A stretch of DNA of 64,000 nucleotides from an uncultured Chlorobiaceae bacterium. GTDB lineage: Bacteria; Bacteroidota; Chlorobiia; Chlorobiales; Chlorobiaceae. The notes beneath the pieces were generated by a model. The model saw nothing but the letters and a program-made list of their open reading frames with translations, made no database searches and was not told the DNA's origin. The DNA lies in the NCBI GenBank assembly GCA_903824045.1, contig CAIJVD010000019.1, positions 1,758 through 65,757 of the forward strand. Direction: 5' to 3'. Made by a program: the position numbers and the translations under genes. Every line of letters begins with the position of its first letter. Within the stretch, counting starts at the first letter, position 1. Of the stretch, positions 9,627 through 19,714 are shown in pieces.

Positions 9627-11207
9627 ATGCTGAACCTCCAAGCTCCTCTTCCTCAGGATCTTCCGGTCTTTTTCCTGACGCTCTGTCTGGTAATGCTCTT
9701 TGTCGTGCTGGCAGAACTGCTGACACGCAAGTTCAGTATCAGCTCTCTTGTTGTCCGAAAAATCGTCCATCTCTCTATGGGGGTGGTGATCTTTTTCATT
9801 CCTGACTATTTCCAGTCAAACTTTTATCCGGCGCTTGCCGCCCTGCTCTTTCTGGTGCTCAACGGCCTGAACATCCGGTTCGGCTGGTTCAGTGCGCTGC
9901 TTGCAGACGTTGAGGGTAGTTCAGAAAAGCCGGATGCCGCAAAAAGCTACGGCTCACTGCTCTTCCCGCTCATTTTTCTTCTGCAGCTCCTCTTTCTCTG
10001 GGAGTCGCACAAGTGGATTCTGCAGACTTCAATGCTTGTCATGGGCGTAGGGGATTCGCTTGCCGCACTTGTCGGCAGTTCGGTCGGCAAGAAGCATATC
10101 GAGCACTTGACGAAAAGCCCCAAGACCGTCGAAGGCTCACTCACCATGTTCATCAGCTCTCTTTTTCTGCTTAGTTCGACCCTGATGGTTTTCAGCCGGA
10201 ACTTTACCGGTGGGCTTGCCGGAAAGCCGATTCTGCTTCTTCTGGCCCTTGCCCTGCTCCTTGCCGTTGTTGCTACTGCCGTCGAAGCCCTGCTCTCTCA
10301 CGGTCTGGACAATATTTTCATTCCGGCATCCATTGCCTATGTGCTCTATGTGCTTGAAATGAACCATACCATCACACTCGAGAATTTTCTCGTTGGGGGA
10401 CTCTTTGCTTTTCTTCTGGCGATCTTCTCCATCAAGGTGAAGTTCCTCAACAACAGTGGTGCGACGGCGACATTTCTTCTTGGAACAACCATTTTTGGCA
10501 TTGGCGGCCTTGCCTGGACAGTGCCGCTTCTGACCTTCTATCTGCTCTCTTCAGTACTTTCCAAGCTCGGAAAAAAACGTAAGGCCAAATTCGACCTCGT
10601 TTTTGAAAAGGGTTCCCAGAGGGATGCAGGTCAGGTCTATGCCAATGGCGGCATCGCCTGGATTCTTATGGTTGTCTTTTCGCTGACCAACAATCCGGCG
10701 ATCTTTTTTGCCTATCTCGGCACGCTTGCCGCAGTGCAGGCTGATACCTGGGCTACCGAAATCGGCACCATGTGGCCGAATCCCAAAGCATGGCTGGTGA
10801 CCACCTTCAAGGAGGTTCCTGTTGGTACCTCGGGTGGCGTTTCGGTTCCCGGTACTTCAGGGGCATTCCTCGGTTCGCTCTTCATCTGCGCCAGTGCACT
10901 CTTCTTCGATCCCAAATGGATGGCGCAGTTCGGCCTGCTTCAGTCGTTCCTCCTGATCGGTTTTTCCGGCCTTCTGGCAAGCCTCGTGGACAGTTTTTTT
11001 GGTGCGACCGTCCAGGCCCAGTACTTTGACCCTATCCGCGAAAAGGTTACCGAGCGCACGCACAGCCTTGCTGCCGACGGCTCAGTTGTCGAGAACCAGC
11101 TCATCAAGGGAACCCCTCTGGTCAACAATGACCTGGTCAATACGCTCTGCGCCCTTTCAGGTTCAGCACTCTCCTATATCGTGATCGAAAAGATGAACAT
11201 GTTTTAA
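9627..11207 (+). CDS. Fusion of a phytol/dolichol kinase-like (CTP_transf_1) domain and a DUF92 domain; integral membrane protein
   Basis: N-half RKIVHL, GDSLAALVG, KTVEGS; C-half RDAGQVYANG, ADTWATEIG, VPVGTSGGVS and SLVDSFFGAT. Confidence 0.8.
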   Translation: MLNLQAPLPQDLPVFFLTLCLVMLFVVLAELLTRKFSISSLVVRKIVHLSMGVVIFFIPDYFQSNFYPALAALLFLVLNGLNIRFGWFSALLADVEGSSEKPDAAKSYGSLLFPLIFLLQLLFLWESHKWILQTSMLVMGVGDSLAALVGSSVGKKHIEHLTKSPKTVEGSLTMFISSLFLLSSTLMVFSRNFTGGLAGKPILLLLALALLLAVVATAVEALLSHGLDNIFIPASIAYVLYVLEMNHTITLENFLVGGLFAFLLAIFSIKVKFLNNSGATATFLLGTTIFGIGGLAWTVPLLTFYLLSSVLSKLGKKRKAKFDLVFEKGSQRDAGQVYANGGIAWILMVVFSLTNNPAIFFAYLGTLAAVQADTWATEIGTMWPNPKAWLVTTFKEVPVGTSGGVSVPGTSGAFLGSLFICASALFFDPKWMAQFGLLQSFLLIGFSGLLASLVDSFFGATVQAQYFDPIREKVTERTHSLAADGSVVENQLIKGTPLVNNDLVNTLCALSGSALSYIVIEKMNMF

Positions 11208-11237
11208 GAATCCAAAATCCTAATTGCGCCAAACCTT

Positions 11238-11915
11238 ATGCCTGATTCTAAACTGGGGATTTTCGGCCTCCTTTCAGATGCCGGACCCGTCGTGCTCTGT
11301 GTGCTCTGTGTGCTTCTCTCTTTCTCGATCGGCTCATGGGCGATCATTGCCTTCAAGTTTGGCTATCTCCGCAAGTCACTCGCCCAGTCGCGGGCATTTC
11401 TCGACTATTTCTTTGATGTCTGGAATGCCGACAAGGCGTTCAGCGAGAGCGAACAGTACAGCCATGGTGCGCTTCCGAGGGTTTTCCGTTCCGGCTATAT
11501 CGAGTACAGGGCGATCGGCGAGAGGGGAGATATCCGCCAGGCTCGGGCACGCGTCGCCAGAGCCATCAAGCGGGAGGCGAACGCTGAAAGCAAGCGGCTC
11601 TCCTCGCTGGTGCCCTTTCTTGCCACCGTCGGCAATACCGCTCCGTTCATCGGCCTTTTCGGTACGGTATGGGGGATCATGACCTCCTTCCACAGCATCG
11701 GCCTGACGCAGTCAGCCTCCCTTGCCGCAGTTGCCCCTGGCATATCGGAGGCGCTGGTTGCCACAGCGGCAGGTCTTGCCGCCGCCATTCCCGCCGTTAT
11801 GGGCTACAACTATTTTACCCAGCAGATCGGCATCATCGAGCGCGACCTTGAGGAGTTCTCCTCAGAGTTTGTGGCTGCCTGCGTCGGTGAACCATCCAAC
11901 GGGGCGGCAGAATGA
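11238..11915 (+). CDS. tolQ: TolQ (MotA/TolQ/ExbB family)
   Basis: LATVGNTAPFIGLFGTVWGIM and PGISEALVATAAGL; ATGA overlap with tolR. Confidence 0.92.
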   Translation: MPDSKLGIFGLLSDAGPVVLCVLCVLLSFSIGSWAIIAFKFGYLRKSLAQSRAFLDYFFDVWNADKAFSESEQYSHGALPRVFRSGYIEYRAIGERGDIRQARARVARAIKREANAESKRLSSLVPFLATVGNTAPFIGLFGTVWGIMTSFHSIGLTQSASLAAVAPGISEALVATAAGLAAAIPAVMGYNYFTQQIGIIERDLEEFSSEFVAACVGEPSNGAAE

Positions 11916-12334
11916 TAAGTTCATCAAAAGGTCGGCTGATGAGCGATATCAATGTCACCCCGTTTGTTGATGTCATGCTTGTGCTGCTCATCATTTTCAT
12001 GGTGACCGCCCCGATGATGACGCACGGCGTCAAGGTGGATACGCCCCAGACCTCCCACCAGAAGATGGATATCGATGAAAAAGCCCTTGTCATCAGCATC
12101 GATGCTTCAAAGCGGGTCTACATCAATGAGTATCAGCTGAATGCTTCGGAGGTCCGCGCAAAGCTGCCGACTATTCTCGATGTCAAGAGTACCGGTGAGG
12201 TCTACCTGAAGGCGGACAAGTCACTCCCCTACGGGCTGGTGATGGATGTCATGGCCCAGATAAAGGACGCGGGGATCGAAAAGATCGGCATGGTGACAGC
12301 ACCTACGGCCGCTAACCGGGATGGCGGGAGATAA
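11912..12334 (+). CDS. tolR: TolR (ExbD/TolR family)
   Basis: DINVTPFVDVMLVLLIIFMVTAPM. Confidence 0.92.
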   Translation: MISSSKGRLMSDINVTPFVDVMLVLLIIFMVTAPMMTHGVKVDTPQTSHQKMDIDEKALVISIDASKRVYINEYQLNASEVRAKLPTILDVKSTGEVYLKADKSLPYGLVMDVMAQIKDAGIEKIGMVTAPTAANRDGGR

Positions 12335-12343
12335 GTGGGCCAT

Positions 12344-13231
12344 ATGAGAAAGGATCAGCAGCCTCGATATAAAGAAAAAAAGTTTCTGCCCTGGGTTGCC
12401 GCGGCGGCCGCACTGCATCTCCTGCTGTTTGTCGTTGCCATCTACTTTCAGATCGTTATTGCCAGCCGTGAGGTTAAACCCCATGTTGTGACCGTGACGC
12501 TTGTTTCGCGCCCAGGTGCGGGCGGGCTGCCGGGCATCGGCGGCCAGGATGGCGGTGCAGAGGCCGGGTCTGCAAAAGCGCCCGCACCTGCGCCAGCTCC
12601 TGCACCAGCCAAGCCAGCAAAGGCCTTGCCAGAAAAGAAAGCTCTGCCCGAGCCTCCCCATAAAGCGTCGCCGGCTGTGAAGAAGGTCGCCCTTGAGCCT
12701 CAGAAGCCGAAAGCCGTGGAAAAGCCGGCGGACATCCAAAAGGCACTTGACCGCCTTAAGCAGTCGGTCGAGAAGAAAGCCGTATCGTCGCAACCCACCC
12801 CGCAGCCAGCGCCTGGAGCCAATATTAATGACGCTCTGGCAAAACTTCAGAAGTCCGTCCAGTCTGGATCCGGAGGAGGGCGGGGAAGTGCTTCAGGCGG
12901 CCGGGGTGGCGGAGTTGGAGGATCAGGAGGGTCGGGAACGGGCGGCCCCTATAATGCCGTGGTGGCATCAATCATTCAGCAGAACTGGGAGTTTTCGCGC
13001 GCTCTGCTGAAAAACAGCTACGGCATGGAGGTCTATGTCCATGTCAATATTCTTGCTGACGGGACGATCCGCGAGATCCGCTTTGACCGCCGTTCTCCGA
13101 GCGAGTATTTGAACAACTCCGTGAAAAGAGCGCTCGAAAAATCCTCGCCACTGCCGGTTCCGCCTAAAGAGGGGGGGGCTCGTGAGATCTGGATCGGATT
13201 TGTCTTTACGCCGGAAGGTATCAAGCAGTGA
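12344..13231 (+). CDS. tolA: TolA/TonB-like energy transducer
   Basis: Single N-terminal TM, Pro/Ala/Lys- and Gly-rich linker, TonB-C-like tail; lies between tolR and tolB. Confidence 0.75.
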   Translation: MRKDQQPRYKEKKFLPWVAAAAALHLLLFVVAIYFQIVIASREVKPHVVTVTLVSRPGAGGLPGIGGQDGGAEAGSAKAPAPAPAPAPAKPAKALPEKKALPEPPHKASPAVKKVALEPQKPKAVEKPADIQKALDRLKQSVEKKAVSSQPTPQPAPGANINDALAKLQKSVQSGSGGGRGSASGGRGGGVGGSGGSGTGGPYNAVVASIIQQNWEFSRALLKNSYGMEVYVHVNILADGTIREIRFDRRSPSEYLNNSVKRALEKSSPLPVPPKEGGAREIWIGFVFTPEGIKQ

Positions 13232-13331
13232 CATTTTTTTTCGTTAAATCCTTTTTCTCCGGGCTGGCGTTGATGTATATTTTTTTCAGAACTACCAGGC
13301 ACTACTTATCATCACTCTTCCACGTTGTCAC

Positions 13332-14648
13332 ATGCCAGCAGCTCGACTTGCTCTCTCCGCAGTTATTGTGTTTTTCTCCCTCATAATTTCAGCCCCGCGC
13401 TCTCTTGTCGCGGCTGATTCGGGTGAGTATATCGCCATCCGAAAGCAGGGCTCGGGCCGAATCGCCCTGGTGCTCGATCGTGCGCAAACGGACGGAAGAC
13501 AGGAGGCTGGATGGGCAGAGAGCATCAACAGCGTTGTTCATGACGGGCTTGATTTTACGGGATTCTTTACCCTGATTCCGCCGCCACTGAATGTCAGGCA
13601 AAACCCTGCAGGAAAAGGGCAGTCGGTCAATTTCGCGGCCTTGAATTCTATTGGTGCCGAGATATATGCAGGCGGGAAGGTTGCGGCAACCGGCGCCAAT
13701 ATAACCTTCACTGCGGAGGTTTACGAAGCTCTCGGAGCCAAGCCGATTCTCAGAAAGAGCTATACGGGCACCCCCGGAGAGATTCGTTCGATCGCTCATC
13801 AATTCTGTGCCGACCTTGTTGAGCTGCTGACTGGCAAAAAGTCACTGTTCGGCAGCAAGATCGTCTTTGTTTCAAACAAGAGCGGGTTCAAGGAGATCTA
13901 CCAGTGCGACTTCGACGGAGCGGGGCTTGAGCAGTTGACCAGCTCAAAGTCGATAACGCTTACACCGGTACTCTCGCCTGACGGCCGCCATCTTGCCTAT
14001 ACCGATTTTTCCTCAGGCCGGCCGGCCCTCTATATCAGAGATCTTTCGACAAAAAAAACCCTGACGGCCGCCAAAAGCGGCGTCAGCATTGACCCTGGCT
14101 GGAGAAACAACAGCGAGGTGGCCACCACCCTCTCGCACGATGGCGACCAGAATATCTATCTGCTCAACACTGCCGGTGCGGTCCTGCGCAGGCTTACCAA
14201 CAGCAAGAGTATCGATCTCTCCCCGACCTTCTCTCCCGACGGTGGTAAAATGGCTTTTGTCTCTTCGCGCAACGGGATGCCGCAGATTTTTATACAGAAC
14301 ATGCAGTCCGGGGAAGCGAAACGTTTGACCTTCAGCGGACGTTACAACACCCAGCCGTCGTGGTCTCCCGCCGGAGATAAAATTGCCTATACGACATGGG
14401 AAAATAAAGGTGAAATAGATATATTTGTCGTAAATGCTGATGGGTCCGCCCTGAAGCAGCTGACTGCAAAATCCGGCGAAAACGAGGCCCCATCGTGGTC
14501 TCCGGATGGAGAGATGATCGTATTCTCTTCTACCCGCCATGGGCGAAAGAAACTCTATGTCATGAATGCGTCGGGAGAAAATCAGAGACCTCTCTTGCAT
14601 ATCGATGGCGATCAGATGCAGCCGAGTTGGTCTTTATTCACTAAGTAG
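13332..14648 (+). CDS. tolB: Tol-Pal beta-propeller protein TolB
   Basis: Signal peptide and repeated PSWSP/PTFSPDG PD40 repeats. Confidence 0.92.
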   Translation: MPAARLALSAVIVFFSLIISAPRSLVAADSGEYIAIRKQGSGRIALVLDRAQTDGRQEAGWAESINSVVHDGLDFTGFFTLIPPPLNVRQNPAGKGQSVNFAALNSIGAEIYAGGKVAATGANITFTAEVYEALGAKPILRKSYTGTPGEIRSIAHQFCADLVELLTGKKSLFGSKIVFVSNKSGFKEIYQCDFDGAGLEQLTSSKSITLTPVLSPDGRHLAYTDFSSGRPALYIRDLSTKKTLTAAKSGVSIDPGWRNNSEVATTLSHDGDQNIYLLNTAGAVLRRLTNSKSIDLSPTFSPDGGKMAFVSSRNGMPQIFIQNMQSGEAKRLTFSGRYNTQPSWSPAGDKIAYTTWENKGEIDIFVVNADGSALKQLTAKSGENEAPSWSPDGEMIVFSSTRHGRKKLYVMNASGENQRPLLHIDGDQMQPSWSLFTK

Positions 14649-14687
14649 TATTTTTTATTCTAACGTAACGTATAAAAGGGGGGCAAG

Positions 14688-15161
14688 ATGAGGGACGTAT
14701 ATTCGTTCACGAGATACCTGCTGATTCCATCCATGATGTTTCTTGGTGCCTGTTGCTGCGAAAAAGAGATCGCAGTCGCACCAGAAGCTGTTCCTCCGCC
14801 AGCGCCCTCCCCCGTGGCAGCAGCGGTCGTGCCAGTTCTTGGTGATCTCTTTTTCGATTTTGACAAATCAGCGCTTCGCGTTGACGCCTCTGAACAGCTT
14901 AAAGCCAATGCTGAATGGCTAAAGGCAAATTCGAAAAGCAGGGTCGTCATTGAGGGGCATTGCGATGAAAGGGGTACCAACGAATACAATCTTGCGCTGG
15001 GTGAGCGCCGTGCCGTCAATGCAAGGGAGTATCTTATTAAGCTCGGCGTCGATCCTTCTCGCCTGAAGACAGTCAGTTTCGGAGAAGAACGTCCGTTTGC
15101 TGCCGGTCATGATGAAGAGGCATGGTCCCAGAACAGACGGGATCATTTTGTCGCCGAATAG
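14688..15161 (+). CDS. pal: Peptidoglycan-associated lipoprotein, copy 1
   Basis: Lipobox LGA-C(CC); [34 protein letters not shown]. Confidence 0.88.
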   Translation: MRDVYSFTRYLLIPSMMFLGACCCEKEIAVAPEAVPPPAPSPVAAAVVPVLGDLFFDFDKSALRVDASEQLKANAEWLKANSKSRVVIEGHCDERGTNEYNLALGERRAVNAREYLIKLGVDPSRLKTVSFGEERPFAAGHDEEAWSQNRRDHFVAE

Positions 15162-15244
15162 TGTGAAGAGCTGATAAATAAACTTCGAGGGGCAGCTGAG
15201 GTCATCTCTGCCCCTTCCATGTAATGATAACTGGAGCAAGAATA

Positions 15245-15778
15245 ATGAAAAACAGAATAAACGGCACGCTTGCCATCGTTTTGCTGGTAACTGCGGGTTG
15301 CTCGTCGAAAAGCGCTGTAACCTCCACCGATAGCACCGCACCAAAGGCTACACCTCAAGTTGCTGAAGCCCCGGTATCTCCCGCTGCACCCGGATTGGCG
15401 ACCTCTCATGCCGCCCCGACAGGGTATGGTTTCGACAAGTGGCAGACAGGTCCGCTTGGTGATGTGTTTTTTGATTACGACAGCTCATCGCTCAGCAGTG
15501 ACGCCCAGGGTCAGCTCAAGCAGAACGCTGGCTGGCTTTCGAGCAATGGTGCCAAAAAAACCACTATTGAGGGCCATTGCGACTCCAGGGGGACATCGGA
15601 GTACAATCTTGCTCTTGGAGAGAGAAGAGCTTCGAGCGCAAAGGATTATCTCGTCAAGCTCGGTGTAGCCGCTTCGCGTATCGAGTCGGTCAGCTTTGGT
15701 GAAGAGAAGCCGTTTGCAGAGGGCCAGAATGAAGAGGCATGGTCGAAGAACAGGCGTGCGCACTTTATTGTAAAATAA
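15245..15778 (+). CDS. pal: Peptidoglycan-associated lipoprotein, copy 2
   Basis: Lipobox TAG-C; [34 protein letters not shown]. Confidence 0.9.
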   Translation: MKNRINGTLAIVLLVTAGCSSKSAVTSTDSTAPKATPQVAEAPVSPAAPGLATSHAAPTGYGFDKWQTGPLGDVFFDYDSSSLSSDAQGQLKQNAGWLSSNGAKKTTIEGHCDSRGTSEYNLALGERRASSAKDYLVKLGVAASRIESVSFGEEKPFAEGQNEEAWSKNRRAHFIVK

Positions 15779-15855
15779 ACCGCTTCGTTGACCTGGTAAT
15801 GATTTAGCTAACGGGAGCCGTTTTTACGGTTCATGAATAAACTATTGGCCATTCC

Positions 15856-16620
15856 ATGAACAGAAAGATTACACCAGTTATCCTCTTTTCGCTCCTTTTT
15901 GTCTCGGCCTGTGCTTCGAAGCAGGATCTTGTTGTTGTAAAGGATGAAGTGCAAAAGCTCAAAACTGACGCTGAAACCGTCAAGACGCAGTCAGCCGGCT
16001 CCTATTCCGATGTTCAGCAGGTTCGCGACGAGGTATCCAAGCTTCAGGGCCGCATCGAGGAGGTCGCTCACACCAGCCGCCAGACTTTTGGCCGGCTTGG
16101 CATGGAGGACTCCCTGCTGGTGCACAAGGCTGACGATCTGGAGTTGAGACTGAAGAAAATCGAAGAGTACCTCGCTCTCGACAAACAGGAGAGTGCCCCG
16201 GCTGCGGCGCCCGAGAAGAAGGCCGGAGAGGGTGGTGCTGCCAAGGCCGAAGTTTCGCCTGACGCCGCTCTGCTTGCTGACGGTAACGAGAAATTCGCCC
16301 GGAAAAGCTACGCCGGCGCCCGCGAAAGCTTCAGCGCGCTCCTGAAGAGCTATCCCAAGTCGGAGCTTGCCGGAGAGGCGCAGTTCCAGCTTGCCGAGAG
16401 CTTTTTTATTGAGAAATGGTACGAGAAAGCCATTCTTGAGTATCAGCAGGTGATCGCCAAATACACCAAAAGCCTCCGCCGTCCCGCAGCGCTCTACAAG
16501 CAGGCAATATCATTTGAGAAGATTGGCGACGTGCAAAACGCGAAGGCAAGGTTCAAAAGCCTTGTCAATCTCTACCCCGCTGCTCCGGAAGCCAAGTTGG
16601 CCCGTAAGAAACTGCAATAA
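15856..16620 (+). CDS. cpoB: Tol-Pal system TPR protein CpoB/YbgF
   Basis: Lipoprotein signal, coiled coil, C-terminal TPRs; last gene of the tol-pal cluster. Confidence 0.85.
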   Translation: MNRKITPVILFSLLFVSACASKQDLVVVKDEVQKLKTDAETVKTQSAGSYSDVQQVRDEVSKLQGRIEEVAHTSRQTFGRLGMEDSLLVHKADDLELRLKKIEEYLALDKQESAPAAAPEKKAGEGGAAKAEVSPDAALLADGNEKFARKSYAGARESFSALLKSYPKSELAGEAQFQLAESFFIEKWYEKAILEYQQVIAKYTKSLRRPAALYKQAISFEKIGDVQNAKARFKSLVNLYPAAPEAKLARKKLQ

Positions 16621-16647
16621 CATCCTGTAGCGTCACCTCAACACAAG

Positions 16648-16680
16648 AGAGCCCCGGTCAATTCCGGGGTTTTTCTTTTG
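16648..16680 (+). terminator. Intrinsic terminator after cpoB
   Basis: GCCCCGG-TCAATT-CCGGGGT followed by a T tract. Confidence 0.75.
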
Positions 16681-16691
16681 GTGCCCTCGGT

Positions 16692-16717
16692 GTCATCCCG
16701 AACGCAGAGAGGGATCT
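16692..16717. repeat. Palindromic repeat family, solitary alpha unit
   Basis: GTCATCCCGAACGCAGAGAGGGATCT matches the units at 40207, 51041 and 55243. Confidence 0.7.
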
Positions 16718-16804
16718 CAATGGAAAAAAAAAGCCATGCAACAGAGCGGTGCATGGCCATACTGAAAATTGTTTGTCACTCCAGAAGAGTCTTACATTGC
16801 TCTC

Positions 16805-17239
16805 TTACTTGAAGAACTCATTGAGTGTATAGACACGACGGTTGACTTCGACACAGAGACTGCCGAGGATCGAGTCCCAGAAGACAGGAAGATCTCTCAT
16901 GGTCCACTTGATGCCGCGCTTGTCAAAATCAATGACATAGCGGTTCTCGTTATCAAGTACCTGCTGTTTAAGGTCTATTCCAATATCAGGCTGAGTGGTC
17001 AGGACAGCAATCTCGATTTCACCGGCAATGAGCTGGTCGATGATCTCTTTTGTCGGAGAGAGCTTCCTGCGGCCGGAAGTCGGCATGATCTCTACCTGAA
17101 GCTTTCCGTTATAGTCCCTCTTTGCATTGGTAATGAAATACTTCGGGGCCTTGTGAAGTGCGTTGCCTGACCATGGTCCTGATGTACTTTCTCTCACCTG
17201 GTTCGCAGCGGTGAATGGACGGCTGAGCTGGGATCGCAT
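16805..17239 (-). CDS. Hypothetical protein downstream of dnaK
   Basis: Globular-looking 144-aa ORF (start MRSQLSR) ending in a small intergenic gap; preferred over the antisense ORF. Confidence 0.6.
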   Translation of the reverse strand: MRSQLSRPFTAANQVRESTSGPWSGNALHKAPKYFITNAKRDYNGKLQVEIMPTSGRRKLSPTKEIIDQLIAGEIEIAVLTTQPDIGIDLKQQVLDNENRYVIDFDKRGIKWTMRDLPVFWDSILGSLCVEVNRRVYTLNEFFK

Positions 17240-17323
17240 CGTTTGCACAGTTAAAATTTGCGGATAAACACCTTGCGGCATTTTGTTCTACAATTGAAAT
17301 AAGTTAGCAAATCAGGCACAAAT

Positions 17324-17356
17324 AACAAAGGGATTCCCCTTTGGAATCCCTTTGTT
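17324..17356 (-). terminator. Terminator-like hairpin after dnaK
   Basis: AACAAAGGGATTCC-CCTTT-GGAATCCCTTTGTT, a 14-bp perfect stem. Confidence 0.8.
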
Positions 17357-17380
17357 GCAGTTGAACTTCAGACAGCAGAG

Positions 17381-19303
17381 TTATTTTTTCTCGCCGTCGA
17401 TGACTTCGTATTCGGCATTCTGTACTTCACCGTCTCCGCCGGTTTTCCTGCTTTTCGCCTCACCGCCGCCATGGGTTTCAGCTTCAGGCTGTCCGCCTTC
17501 GGGGCCCTGGGACTGGTAGAGGTTCGAGGCGATATCGCTCCACGTCTTGTTGAGTTCCTCCATGGAGCTCTTGATGGACTCGATGGTGCCGTTCTTGTAA
17601 GCCTCTTTGAGCTTTTCGAGAGCGCCTTCGAGTGTTGGACGCTTGTCGGCAGGGATCTTGTCGCCAAGTTCCTTCAGCTGCTTTTCAGTGCTGAAAATGA
17701 GGGAGTCGGCAACGTTTCGGGTGTCGATATCCTCTTTGCGCTTCTGATCTTCAGCGGCATGCACCTTTGCATCCTCTTTCATCTTTTCGACCTCGGCATC
17801 GGTGAGCTTGCTGCTCGATTCGATCTTGATGCTCTGCTCCTTTCCGGTCGCCTTGTCCTTCGCCGACACGCTGAGAATGCCGTTCGAGTCAATATCAAAG
17901 GTGACCTCAATCTGCGGAATGCCTCTTGGTGCAGGCGGGATATCGCCAAGGTGGAAACGTCCGAGCGTCTTGTTGTCGTTGGCCATCGGGCGTTCTCCCT
18001 GCAGCACATGTACCTCGACAGAGGTCTGGCTGTCGCCGGCGGTAGAGAATACCTCCTGCTTTCTTGTCGGGATGGTGGTGTTTGCGTCGATCAGCTTGGT
18101 CATCACGCCGCCGAGAGTTTCGATGCCCAGCGAGAGCGGTGTGACGTCGAGCAACAGCACGTCGGTGACATCCCCCTTCAGCACACCGCCCTGGATGGCG
18201 GCTCCGATGGCGACCACCTCATCCGGGTTGACGCTCTTGTTGGGCTCTTTTCCGAAAAACTCCTTGACAAGCGCCTGTACTCTCGGTATGCGGGTGGATC
18301 CTCCGACCAGCACAACTTCATCAATCTCCTTCATTTCGACCTTGGAGTTCTTGATGGCGCGGTGGCAGGGGTCAAGAATTTTGTCGAAGAGCTCTGTGCA
18401 GAGTGCCTCGAACTTTGCGCGGGTCAGGTTGATGACCAGATGTTTCGGACCCTCCTGGGTTGCGGTGATAAACGGAAGGTTGATCTCCGTGTCCGTCCTC
18501 GAAGAGAGCTCGATTTTTGCCTTTTCGGCAGCCTCTTTCAGGCGCTGCAGGGCTATGGCATCATTGCGAAGGTCGATACCCTCCTGTTTTTTGAACTCAT
18601 CAGCAAGATAGTCGATGATCTTCTGGTCGAAGTCATCGCCGCCGAGATGGGTATCGCCATCGGTCGATTTTACCTCGAAGACGCCGTCGCCGAGCTCAAG
18701 GATAGAGATATCAAAGGTTCCGCCGCCGAGATCGAAGACGGCAACTTTCTCATTCTCTTTTTTCCTGTCGAGACCGTAGGCAAGAGCAGCGGCTGTCGGC
18801 TCGTTGATGATCCTTTTGACTTCAAGGCCTGCAATGCGTCCTGCATCTTTTGTGGCCTGCCGCTGGGCATCATTGAAGTATGCCGGAACGGTGATGACCG
18901 CTTCGGTCACCTTCTCTCCAAGAAAGTCCTCGGCGGTCTGCTTCATTTTCTGCAGGATCATTGCCGAAACCTCCTGAGGGGAGTATGTCTTGTCATTGAT
19001 TTTTACTCTTGCTTCACCGCTCTCATTGATAACTTCATAGGCGGCAATTTTTTTCTCGTTCGGGACCTCGTCGTATTTGCGTCCCATGAAGCGCTTGATT
19101 GAGGCTACGGTGTTTTTTGGGTTGGTGATAGCCTGTCTTTTTGCGGCCTGTCCTACCAAGCGGTCGCCTGTTTTGGTCAGTGCAATGATTGAAGGAGTTG
19201 TGCGGTTTCCTTCGGAGTTTTCGATAACCGTCGGTTGTGTTCCCTGCATGACCGCTACACAGGAGTTTGTGGTGCCGAGGTCGATGCCAATAATCTTGCC
19301 CAT
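17381..19303 (-). CDS. dnaK: Chaperone DnaK (Hsp70)
   Basis: [33 protein letters not shown]. Confidence 0.99.
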   Translation of the reverse strand: MGKIIGIDLGTTNSCVAVMQGTQPTVIENSEGNRTTPSIIALTKTGDRLVGQAAKRQAITNPKNTVASIKRFMGRKYDEVPNEKKIAAYEVINESGEARVKINDKTYSPQEVSAMILQKMKQTAEDFLGEKVTEAVITVPAYFNDAQRQATKDAGRIAGLEVKRIINEPTAAALAYGLDRKKENEKVAVFDLGGGTFDISILELGDGVFEVKSTDGDTHLGGDDFDQKIIDYLADEFKKQEGIDLRNDAIALQRLKEAAEKAKIELSSRTDTEINLPFITATQEGPKHLVINLTRAKFEALCTELFDKILDPCHRAIKNSKVEMKEIDEVVLVGGSTRIPRVQALVKEFFGKEPNKSVNPDEVVAIGAAIQGGVLKGDVTDVLLLDVTPLSLGIETLGGVMTKLIDANTTIPTRKQEVFSTAGDSQTSVEVHVLQGERPMANDNKTLGRFHLGDIPPAPRGIPQIEVTFDIDSNGILSVSAKDKATGKEQSIKIESSSKLTDAEVEKMKEDAKVHAAEDQKRKEDIDTRNVADSLIFSTEKQLKELGDKIPADKRPTLEGALEKLKEAYKNGTIESIKSSMEELNKTWSDIASNLYQSQGPEGGQPEAETHGGGEAKSRKTGGDGEVQNAEYEVIDGEKK

Positions 19304-19467
19304 AATTGCGTTTCCTTGTTCTTATAGTGAAAAAAAATGCCCGGCGGAATCTGGATTATTCTAAAGAGCCCGGCTTAAAATGCTGTCAGTTAATTGAAAT
19401 CTCTTTGTTTCTCTGTTGGTTGTTTCAGTAGTTGGCGGTGAACAGCTGCTCACCATGTTCTTATAAC

Positions 19468-19483
19468 TGCAACAACCATGCCA
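19468..19483 (-). promoter_or_regulatory. Candidate sigma-54 (-24/-12) promoter of dnaK
   Basis: Minus strand TGGCATGGTTGTTGCA versus consensus TGGCACG-N4-TTGCW: exact spacing, one mismatch. Confidence 0.65.
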
Positions 19484-19714
19484 GAGCCAGGAATTGGCCT
19501 TTTTGGACGCATGATGGCGACAGATATGTCACTGCGGCTGTAATTTTGTCACACATTTTGCGGGCATGGAGACAAATTGTCAGACAAAGCTGTTCCGGGG
19601 CGGTTAACGGTAGGGTTGGACGAGGTCGAAGAAGGGGAGTGAGCGAGTCCGCTACCTGAAGTGCACATCATGACGGATAGTGCTCTATTCTCGGGGAAGG
19701 ACTTCTTTCAGGGA

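Noticed and set aside
16769-17170. 133-aa plus-strand ORF
   Set aside because: Antisense to the more protein-like minus-strand ORF; non-ATG start; cannot be fully excluded
17471-19102. 543-aa ORF antisense to dnaK (also the long antisense ORFs over ilvD, mfd, oppD, SulP, ahcY, metK and rny)
   Set aside because: Typical shadow ORFs from codon bias in GC-rich conserved genes; no motifs
19304-19714. CIRCE or HAIR operator before dnaK
   Set aside because: No TTAGCACTC-N9-GAGTGCTAA or CTTGAGT-N7-ACTCAAG present
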